Made by a program: the position numbers and the translations under genes. Shown here piece after piece: positions 53,551 through 64,000 of a stretch of DNA of 64,000 nucleotides. This DNA comes from Octopus sinensis (Eukaryota). Position 1 is the first letter of the stretch. Every line of letters begins with the position of its first letter. The notes under the pieces are model-generated. The model worked only from the letters and a program-made list of their open reading frames with translations. It did no database searches and was not told the DNA's origin. The stretch covers positions 52,216,464 to 52,280,463 of the forward strand of contig NC_043011.1 of assembly GCF_006345805.1 (NCBI RefSeq). Reading direction: 5' to 3'.

Positions 53551-54471
53551 CGCATGCTCGCATGCATGCCCAATCATAATTGTCTTGTCTTTGGCAGACA
53601 TGTGATTGAATTCCCATAGGTGATTCTGTCAGCTACTTTATGTCTAAGGGGTATTTTACTTAATAATTTATGATGTCTTGCAAACCACTTGCACATGCAA
53701 GTGCTACCAGTCAAAAACTCCGTACACCAGAAGCCAGCAAGTGTATGGGGTCATCAGGAGAGAATGCGTGCCATTTCGGGGCCTACCTCTCGACGGCATC
53801 AATGCGCACCGGCTCCCATTCACTGATATGAGGCCCCACTTGCTAGATCAGCTGGTTATTAAATAAAGCTCAATATCCTTCTAGCCATCGCTCATCGTCT
53901 CTTTTTAACCAAATCCAGTGGCTAGCCTTCTCCACTGTAGATTGGATATCAGTCATGGTGATATTGACTTTACATCTTTCATTAGCTTCTTACGAGGAAA
54001 AAAAAAATACTTTTCAAATTTCTCAATCCTTGAAAATGAGCCAAAACAAATTTACAATTATATTTTCAAAAGGCAGTCAGATGTTTTAATCATTATAGGC
54101 AAAGATGTGGCTGTGTGGTAAACTGCTTGCTTCCCAACAACGTGGTCTTGGGCTCACTCTCACTATATGGCACTTTGGCCAAGTGTCTTCCAATATAGCC
54201 CTATGCCAACCAAAGCCTTGTGAATAGATTTGGTAATGAGAAACTTAAAGAAGCTAGTTGTTTATAAATCTAGAATTGTGGCTGTGTGGTCAGAAGCTTG
54301 CTTCCCAACCACATGGTTCCTGGTTCAGTTCCACTTAGGCAAGTGTCTTCTACTATAGCCTCAGGCCAGCCAAAGCCTTGTGAGTGGATTTGGTAGACAG
54401 AAACTGAAAGAAGCCTATCATATATATATATATATATGTATATGACGGGCTTCTTGAAAAAAAGAGAGAGT

Positions 54472-55010
54472 TTTAGGTTAGTTAAAATATGTTTGTGTCA
54501 TATTTCAACTTCTAAAGACAAATTCACTGCAGTTATTATGGAGAAAAAATTCTATCATATGGTAAAAGGTGCCCATTGTTGCCCTGTGAATTTGCCTTTA
54601 GAAGTTGAAATATGTCAGATACATATTTTAACTAACCTAAAGTTCACTTATACCCAAACACTACTTCGTATTGATACGACTGAATTTCTTCTGATCAGGC
54701 AGTCCAATAGCGCAACTCGGTCAATGTTGTTGACTGTTTTTAGTTAAAGCTATGACTTTAAATCTGCCCAGAATTACCTCTATTTGGTATTTCCCATTCA
54801 GGAAAGCTAAATAGACTGAAATGCTGTGTTTGGCAATCCAATAGAGGACAAAACTTGGTAATATGGTATTTTTTTTCCACACCTTTTGCCATGGAGAGAG
54901 AATTATTTCTTCCACAGTAACTGCAGTAAATTTGAAATATGTCACAAATATATTTTAACAAACCTAAAGTTCACTTATGCCTAAACACTGCTTGATGCTG
55001 ATACTGCTGA
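54472..55010 (+). mobile_element. Family X: inverted 5' piece plus ~1.3 tandem units (~340 nt) with a degenerate hammerhead (retrozyme/Penelope-like)
   Basis: 56-bp inverted repeat 54472-54527/54586-54641 (4 mismatches); direct repeat anchors at 54635 and 54962; CTGATCAG...GCAAC TCG GTC at 54691-54722. Confidence 0.55.
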
Positions 55011-55017
55011 ATATATA

Positions 55018-55057
<40 letters not shown>

Positions 55058-56063
55058 TAGATAGAGATAGGTGTAGATATGTGAGCATCACAAAAGGAAA
55101 AAAAAACTACAGGAGGATGGAACAGAGGAAGGCAGGCAAGGGAGGTGTGAGAAATAAGAGAGAGAAGTAAGGAAACTAAGAAAGCCCTCCAGAAGTTACC
55201 ATTATGAAAATAATACTGGCTGACAAGAGATAATTTCTATATCATGTAAGTAAAAGGGAGATGTGCGGGGGATCTTCACCATAATTACTATCTTCTACTG
55301 AATCTGTCCTCACTACTAGACTTTCAGGGTTGGCTTTCTGTCATGGCCCACATTGCTGTTTCTTCCCCCACCCCGTCACCATCAAGCCTTTTTCTTTCTT
55401 TCTTTCTTTCTTTCTTTCTTTTTCTTTGTATTTTGTTGATTGTTCCACAATAAAGAGGTGGAAATGTTGAAACATTTTACTTTTTAATTAGTAGATTACT
55501 AGTGACAGGTTTATGTGGGAAGCAAGCAGAACAGGTCTTCTTGTCGCAGAACAGGTCGTCCTTCTTGCAGAGTGGGTTGCCTTGTCGTAGAGACAGTCAT
55601 TTTGTTGTCAGAGTGTGTCAATCACAGTTGCGTAGTTTAAGCTGTTCGCTTCCCAACTATGTCATTTTGGGTTCAATCCCACTGTGTGTCACATTGTGCA
55701 AGTATCTTCTACTATAGCCCTGAACCAACTGAAACCTTACAAATCAATGTGGTTGATGGAAACTATAAGAAGCCTGTTGTGTGTGCATGTGCATGACTCT
55801 ATATACACACTCATACATATACATACATACACATGCATGCACATATGCACACACATACACATGCATGCACATATGTGCACATATAAAGGCAGCGAAATGG
55901 CAGACTCATTAGCAGCATTTTGTCTGTCTTTAAGTTCTGAGCTCAAATTCCTCCAAGGTCAACTTTGCCTTTCACCGTTTTGGAATGTACCAGTTGATGT
56001 AATCAACTTGCCCCTTATCCCCAAATTTCACACTTTTTGCCTCTAGAAGAAATGGTTTACATG

Positions 56064-56109
<46 letters not shown>

Positions 56110-57259
56110 CTATCGGCCCCCCCTCTCTCTCTCTCTCACACACACATGATCCAAGCCATTACTGGAACTGTAAAAGTCTGTAAAACTTCCCAGAAGTTTA
56201 ACATTTAAATATATATGAGTATGTCTAGACATGCAACTATATGCAGGAGAGTATATACATAAAACAAAACATACATATGTGCATACATACATACCCACTC
56301 GCCCACCCTGTCGATGTTGAAATTCCAATGGAGGAGCCTTGGATCTAGGTTACAAACTGGCTCTTTCTCTATTGGCAAGAAATCTTGAAATAAAACTGAA
56401 TGACACATACATACACAATAAATTAAAAATGGATCAGCCAGGGATTGAACCGGGGACTGTAATCTCCATTTCTCCGTTATCACTAGCTATTGTTAGACCT
56501 CCAGTGTAATGAGACCCTCCTTAGATTTTGAAGTGTGGCAGCTGAGTGTTGAATGAGAGTGATAGTGTTGATGGGGTGGCTTGTTTTGTTTTTGTTGTTC
56601 TTTTTCTTTTTGGTGGCGGGCGGGGGAGGGGAGCTTTGGAGGTTAGTAAGAAGCTTGGGTAGAGAGCGGGGGGGGGGAATGAGATTTGCTTGTGTTTGTG
56701 TGTGTGAAGAGGAAGTGGGGTGCAAGAGACTGTGGGACAAGTGTGGGAGGCTGTGGAAGAAGAGTAAGTATGGAAGGTCGTAGGAGGAGGAAGAGGAGGA
56801 GGAGGAGCGTGGGAAGTCATATGGAGGAATGGGTGGTCGTGGCAGGAGGGGTGGATGAAACAGGAAAAACTTTGGAGAAAGGAAAAAATATTGTATCATG
56901 CATGTGTATCAATTATTTGTGATGATGGTGGTGGTGGTGGTGGTGTGTGGTGGTGGTGCTATTTATGACAGCAGATAAGGTGATGGGAGTGGTGGAGATG
57001 GTGTGTGGTGGTAATGATGAGGGCGAAGATATTTATAATGGTAGAGTTGTTACTATTCTTTAACCCAAGGTTAGCCTTAATCTGGCACCTATATGATCAC
57101 AAGTGTTCCATTTATGACCATGTTCATTATTTTTGCAGGCATAATGTATCTAGGACTACATTATCCAGTATGTCCTTAATTTTTTTCAAAGCAGCAGTAT
57201 GTGGTTCCAGGGAGATTTGGACATAAACAAACCAACACTAGTTGTCAAACGATGCTGGG

Positions 57260-57545
57260 GATACACACACACACATACACAGACAAACACATTCTCTATC
57301 TCACACACAAACATACTCTCTCCCAAACGCGCACACGTATACACACACACACACACACACACACACATTCTCTCTCCCACACACAAACGCACAACACACA
57401 CACACAAACACATTCTCTCTCCCACACACAAACACAAACACACTCGCTCTCTGCCCCCCACACACACGAATACACACACACACACACATACACACAAACA
57501 AACACTGTATCCCACACATACACGCAAACACACACACACACTTCT
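57260..57545. repeat. (CA)n/(CT)n compound repeat inside a family B SINE
   Basis: B-family flanks on both sides; source of T/H-rich pseudo-ORFs. Confidence 0.85.
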
Positions 57546-59451
57546 TTCAATTTTTATCTGCCTGATCCACTCACAAGGTTTTGTTCAGCTCGGGGCTACA
57601 GTAGAAGACACTTGCCTGAGGTGTCATACAGTGGAATACTCAGGCTGTGGCCATGTGGTTTGGAAGCAAACTTCTTACCATTCCCTGTTGTAGTTATGAT
57701 GATGATGATGATGGTGGTGGTGGTAAATTTTAGTTGAAATAAATAAAAGATATTTCACATCCCCAACCACCCCACCTCGTCTTGACCCCCCCCCATCTTC
57801 CCCCTACAAGGATTATTTAACTAAAGAAACCCTTTCACTGCAAAGGATTTCAGAGGACCATTGTCAGATTAGATTCAGAGCTGTGTAAAATTCTGTGTGT
57901 GTGTGTGAGTGTGAATATGTGTATGTGTACATAACTGTGAATGTTTGTGTGTATGTGTATAAGCTTCTGTAAATTAATGTGTGTGTGTGTGTGTGTGTGT
58001 GAATATATATATAATTGTGAATGTTCATGTGTAGTGTGAGTGTGTGCATGTCTTTAATGAATGTGTGTGTGTGTGAATGTAAAATTGTATGAATGTGTGC
58101 ATGAATACAAGGGTGTAAGTCTTTATAAATGTGTGTGTGTGTGAGAGTGAATATATGTGACTGTGAGAGAGAGAGAGAGAGAGACAGAGAGAGGGGGAAT
58201 CTGTGCATTTGAATCTGTGTTTGAATGTTGGTGACTGTGTAAATGTAGGCTTGAATCTGTGTGTGTATGTGTGAGTGTGGTATTTTCAGTCAATTAACTC
58301 CACTCTCACCTTCCACTTCACTGCTGAGTACAAGACAAGGGACTTTGTGACCCACAGGTTTTCATTTTTTTTTTTTTTACTCTGAACACTAGAATGGGAG
58401 TTGGCGGTGGTGATAGGGCTGCCTGATGTCACATATTGTCATACACTCACCTACATACACCACAAACTCATGCACACACTCACACACACACAAGCAGACA
58501 TTTATGCTCACAGTTAGGGGTGGGTAGAGAGGAGACAATGTCAGCTAGTGAAGTAAACACACACAGAGTCAGTCTCACTTAGAAAGTACATACATATTCA
58601 GTCCACCCAAATATATAAATACATATAATTAGATGCTACTAGATATCCCACATTCAAATTAACGCACATGTATGCATACACATACACACATAGACAGACA
58701 CACTCACATGCGCGCACACACACACACACACACACTCTTATGTATGGAAAATTTTTTTGCTTATACTACTCCCCCTCAAGGCCCACCACCCCATCATTTC
58801 TCTTGCTGACCCTTTCTTCTCTAATGTTAGGCCTTATCCAGCTCCTTTAATGCAATCCCTTCTTTAAACATCTACCTCCCTGTCTGTTCTCACCACAGTC
58901 TCCCCATTCTTCCTATTTCTCTCTCATTCTCCTCATTACATTTCTCTTTCTCTCCTCCTCCTTTCTCATTTCCAATGTCCCTCTCTCTTTCTCTTTCTCT
59001 CCTTCTTGTATCTCTCTCACCCCTCCTCATAAACTCTCTTTGTAATGCAATATCAATTAAACCCTTTTGGTGTTGATAATCAAATTATTTCAACAGATTT
59101 TAATGAGATGCTCTGGGTAGATTATGTTGCAATGTATGTGAAGGGTGTCTATATGTGCATATGTGTTGTATGCTTTGTATATACGTATGATATATATATA
59201 TAGTTTGTGTGTGTGTGTGTGTATAAGTGCATGCATGGTTGTTTGGTTAGAAACTTGTTTTCCAACCATATGGTTTCAAGTTCAGTCCCACTGTGTGGCA
59301 CCTTGTGTTTGTGTGTGTGTGTATGTGTGTGTGTATTCGTGTGTGTGTTTGTGTGTGGGAGAGAGAATGTCTTCTACTCCATCCTTGGGCTGACCAAAGC
59401 CTTGTGAATGGATTTGGTAGACAGAAACTGAAAGAATCCCATCATATATAT

Positions 59452-60470
59452 ATACCAGCTGTTGGACCCGGCGTTGCTCATGTTTTCCGTGTTGAATTTA
59501 AGCCCACCCCTGACCTTGTATTGAAATCTTCTATGTTCCCCGTACCAACTATTACCAATTAAGATATTATATCTGGTTCAGCAGGGATTTTACCCGGTTA
59601 ACATTTTCGACATACTCCTACAAACTGGACCGTCTGAAATCGCAGTCAAACTTTTGGGTGTACCTCGACCCATTGAGAGTGATGTTTGTTCATTTCTCTC
59701 CCCTTTATGCCACCTTCTGTACAAAATTGATCAGCATGTCCAATCACAGCAAAATTTGAAGAAAAGTGTTAAGGCTATGTCCTAAAATAGGATCCATGTG
59801 ACCATTTACATGAAAATATCCCATTGACTTTTAAATCCCAATACATTATATAGATAATCGAGGTTTCATATGTCGAAGTGCATAATTTTACTCATGGATC
59901 TATTTGCTTCAAAATCAGTTCATTATTTGATTTTGAGTGAATTTTGATGATTTCTGCCTTTTACCAGTTTAATTTTATTTCTACTACATGACTCCTTCCA
60001 TAAACTTTACCTAAATGTCGAATTTCATCAAAATTGGATAAATTCTGTAAAAGTTAAAGCATAAAATATTAATCCTATGGGTAATTACATACAAAAAGCC
60101 TATTGATTTCTTAAAATACCCTGCTCACACGAAATTATCAATCTTTTGTCATCTCTTCATGCTGGCATCAACTAATGGACATGAACTGAAATCACGTGTA
60201 AAATTTCTACAAAATCAATAAGAATGTCTCTAAAGAAATGCTTATTTGCATTTGTGCCCTTTTGAATTAAATAAACACCTTTACTGTCTCCCCGACCACA
60301 AAATTTACCTACATCTCAAATTTCATTAAAATCAGATAAAAAATATAAAAGGTGCGGCCAAAAATAAAATCCCTATGGGTATTTGCACGCAAAAATCCTA
60401 TTGATTATATAAAACTACTGCTCAGGCGCAATTGATTTTTTTTGTCAATGCCATATACTGACATCAACTT
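59452..60470 (-). mobile_element. Helitron-like non-autonomous element with an internal ~298-bp diverged duplication
   Basis: End ACCAGCTGTTGGACCCGGCGTTGCTC resembles a CTAG terminus plus GC hairpin read from the opposite strand; CCTATGGGTA at 60074 and 60372. Confidence 0.5.
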
Positions 60471-60619
60471 ACTGCCATGAGCCGTAACTTAGCAGTTCAG
60501 CAAAAGAGACCGATAGAATAAGTACTAGGCTTACAAAGAATAAGTCCTGGGGTCGATTTGCTTGACTAAAGGCACTGCTCCAGCATGGCCGCAGTCGAAT
60601 GACTGAAACAAGTAAAAGA

Positions 60620-60654
<35 letters not shown>

Positions 60655-60662
<8 letters not shown>

Positions 60663-60782
60663 GAGGAGTAAACACATAAATGTGAAACAAGGTGGAAAAA
60701 AGAGTACTCAAATACCAGTGGTAGAGTAATATGCTTTATTTAAAGCAGCAGAAAGTTGAATTTTCTGCTGCTTTAAATAAAG

Positions 60783-60787
<5 letters not shown>
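60655..60787. mobile_element. Family P fragment with short fold-back, between (TA)n runs
   Basis: Colinear with 10700-10810; perfect 21-bp inverted repeat 60734-60754/60762-60782. Confidence 0.75.
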
Positions 60788-60819
<32 letters not shown>

Positions 60820-61168
60820 TGTAACTGATTTAAATAGTGTTTACTATAAAGCTCTCTAGGCAGAGGACTCAGGTTGTTATCTGCTGAGGAGTGGTCAATC
60901 AGCTATGAGCACTTTTAGTTTGCTGTTTACAAACAGAATAATGAAATATATTTACATTTTTGTTTACCTGTCACAGGATAGGCGTTACCTACTGTTGTCT
61001 ATAACAAATAATTTTATCTGCGAATATGTGCTGAATAATAAGGTGCAGCAGATTGTTTTGAATTAGTTACTGACTACAAGGTCACTGTTTCAAATCTCAC
61101 TATAGCCCACACTGTCATGCAGCTTTGAAGCAGGTTCCACTTTCATAGTTCAATGGTTTAAGTAGATA

Positions 61169-61398
61169 AGGCGGCGAGCTGGCAGAAACGTTAGCACGCC
61201 GGGCGAAATGCTTAGCAGTATTTCGTCTGCGTTACGTTGTGAGTTCAAATTCCGCTGAGGTCGACTTTGCCTTTCATCCTTTCGGGGTCGATAAATTAAG
61301 TACCAGTTACGCACTGGGGTCGATGTAATCGACTTAATACCTATGTCTGTCCTTGTTTGTCCCCTCTGTGTTTAGCCCCTTATGGGTAATAAAGAAAT
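61169..61398 (+). mobile_element. Family A SINE
   Basis: Full head, body and tail. Confidence 0.85.
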
Positions 61399-62152
61399 AG
61401 GTTTAAGGTAGGATGGGCATTCAGCAGTTAATGCAATTGCTTTAATGACCACAACAAATCACACGCACATCGATAAAATTAAAAAAAATGCCAACAACAT
61501 GAATATAAGCAAAAAAAACCTGCATTTATAACTTTATTTTCTAATATATTTTTTATTTTTATTTATATGTTTTTGCTGATCTTTATTTTCCACCTCAAAT
61601 TATATGCTTAAACTTACAGATTCAATGGTGTTTATTGAAATACAAGTCAAAATAGGGTGGGAAGTTTGAATATAAAAGCTGGGGAAAACAATAGAAGAAA
61701 ATATATATAAAAAAAAAAAAAAATCAATGCATATCTTAAATAAGGTTTCCTTTGTGCTGATTTCACTTATTACATGTTCGCATGAAGAAGAAAAACAAAA
61801 CAAAAACAAAAAAACCCTCACTCAGACACTCCTGTGAAAGGCACACAAGTTTCTTCTTTCTCCCCCATTTCCTCTCTCCAGCACCCAACCTTCCTCTCTG
61901 TCTGTGCCACCCTTTGTCTTCAAATATTAATATGCATACACATGAATGCAGTCATTTGAGAGGCACATATGCAGATACAACAGCCTCTCTCTCCCTCTCT
62001 CTTTCTCTCTGTCTTCTTTTGTTTCTTCCTCTCTTCCTCTGTATCATGCTCCAGTGGCACATTGATTGCCAATTGGTCATTTGGCAATCAATTCGCAACA
62101 GTTTATTACCATAAATTACTTTTTAACATATTTAATGCAGTGAGTCATTTCA

Positions 62153-62180
<28 letters not shown>

Positions 62181-62183
<3 letters not shown>

Positions 62184-62460
62184 TGTCTGATCAATAAGTA
62201 TCCGGATTGTTGTCATAGTAATGAAGCTAAAACACACAGAGTGAAGCCACTTGGCACAGATTGACCTTGAACTTTGCTGTGCATGCACTCTTAGTTTTAA
62301 CATTCTAGCTCACTTCCACTGTTTACAGCAGTGCTTGGAAGGAAGGTGTGTAGCATGTGATCATCATATTAACCATGACAGATAAAGGTGAGCAGAGAAT
62401 CTGCATCAAATTTTGCCAAAAGCTTGACAATACCTGCTCAGAGGCCTACACAAAGCTTTC
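62181..62460 (+). mobile_element. mariner transposon 5' fragment
   Basis: TIR-like GTCTGATCAATAAGTATCCGG after TA; ATG at 62375 gives MTDKGEQRICIKFCQKLDNTCSEAYTKL (mariner EQRxxIKF motif). Confidence 0.8.
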
Positions 62461-63290
62461 ACTATTTCAAAGTTTTTGTTATTGTTTAGTTCCAGATCAA
62501 CCCTGATTCAACAGACCCATTATCAAAGGCATTCCGGACCTGACCATTCCAAATTTTCCTGTGTGCAAGGAATGCAAGGCCATGCCATCCAATGTCCATT
62601 TTTTTAAGTTGAGTGATACTGAGTGATTTGGCTGCTATTATTAACAAGTTACTCATGTACAACAGTTGCTCTCTAGTAAAATCCCACTGGATCTTATACT
62701 CATTGTTCTCAGTGATGCCTTCTGGTTCATGTTTGTACCATTTCTGTGCTGTGTGCAGATTGTACTTTTCACTCAGTCTCCAGTGAATTATTATCATCAT
62801 CATCATCATTATTATTGATTGAGAGGGCAGTGCATGCCATCAAAGTGACACTGGGGTACAATTATATGAAGCCCAATATGCCCATCATGACTACCAGTCT
62901 GATTAAGAGTACACCAGACACCTGCATCACAGCCTTATGTGTGCAACATGGTGATCTTATATCAAGTGTGGCTCAGTGAGAATTCTCTTGCGGTTGAGTA
63001 GCTCATCCAGCTCAAAAGGTCCCTGGATAAGAGCTGTTTAAGGATGTTGAACGAAACACCCATATTTTCAGAAGTAAATTATTCAAATCTCAAGGAATTC
63101 CTCTCAACACATGGTTATGATGCTCACCCATTACATCTGCTTGTGATCAGAGATACACATATCATCACATGCTCAACTGGTTACGGTCAAGCGACTGACA
63201 AACGAATTTGTGAGACAAAACAGTGAACACGATAACGCTTTCAATCAGTTAAGATCAAAAGTCATGAGAACTAGTGACTGATACTGCATC

Positions 63291-63349
<59 letters not shown>

Positions 63350-64000
63350 GTGACTTTCAAAGAATTCTAAATATAGCATTCATATACTCACTTATGTACC
63401 TATGCATACATGTACTCATAGATGCACATGTACTCATAGATATGTGCATACTCATACAAGAAGGATACACACACAGGCATATACACATGCACACATACAC
63501 ACACGCACACATTTCCATGTAGACACAGACATTTCTACACACACACACACACACACACACTTCCACACAGACCCATGCTCACATATACGTATACTTTAAA
63601 ATAAAGATCAAGTTAGAGATGCTACTTTTGTTAACCCTATCCTCACCCTCCTATTGTTTAGATTTCATCTGATAATGTTAACGATGATAACAGACTGGAT
63701 TCTGGCTTATTGTCTGTTTGTCAGTGTGTGTTGTTATGGTCTGTGTGTGTATGTTGTTACGTTCTGTGTATGTATGTTGTTACTGTCTGTGTGTGTTGTT
63801 ACTGTCTATGTGTATGTGTGGATGTATACACATGTACATAGTCACACATATACACACAAGAGAGACTATCTAGATAAAGTACTCAAAGCATTTTAATGCT
63901 GAAAGATTATATTTATTGAAGTTATATATGTGTGTGCATGTATGCATGTGTGTATATCATTCAGTGTGTGTGTTTATGTATGTTTGTATATATATATATA

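Noticed and set aside
56425-56500. Minus-strand tRNA gene (GTCCCCGGTTCAATCCC, followed by TTTTT)
   Set aside because: Only the T-arm/B-box is convincing; D-arm, anticodon arm and acceptor stem do not fold. At most a decayed tRNA-derived fragment.
57186-57737. Overlapping 80-180 aa ORFs on both strands
   Set aside because: Translations of (CA)n/(CT)n repeats inside a SINE. The same applies to ORFs near 28816, 31625 and 36628.
48415-64000. Next FERM exon (expected YxFxLQLKQD, phase 2)
   Set aside because: No AG followed by a matching frame was found by eye, so it is presumed to lie beyond the window. The upstream exon was likewise not found before 7726.

Overview
AT-rich, microsatellite-dense eukaryotic DNA. 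The repeat landscape suggests an octopus-type cephalopod genome (inference, not searched). The only host gene I can support is a + strand Band 4.1/FERM gene of the EPB41L5/Yurt type. Three short coding exons lie in the window (7726-7830, 14498-14540, 48336-48414), with canonical GT-AG sites and compatible phases. They join to KKSTGEDLIEQVFYFLDLIEKEYFGLQFSDAHNVN-HWVDPTKLLKKQVK-IGPSYTFRFKVKFFSSEPNNLHEEITR. Everything else is intronic: several tRNA-headed SINE families, piggyBac/hAT/mariner/maT/Helitron remnants, LINE fragments and simple repeats. The most unusual signal is six short elements (five with well-supported cores, one degenerate) carrying minimal type I hammerhead-ribozyme (HHR) motifs of the Penelope/retrozyme kind. 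They come from apparently different families. Three are palindromes with one HHR per arm (centres ~6157, 10860/10861, ~30762). One snapped back exactly at ribozyme stem I and has a 12-bp TSD (18576-18829). One sits behind a CCAAT/TATA promoter-like block (8170-8400). One is a ~340-nt tandem unit with an inverted 5' piece (54472-55010). All alignments and folds were done by eye, and the long ORFs in the track are translations of simple repeats.
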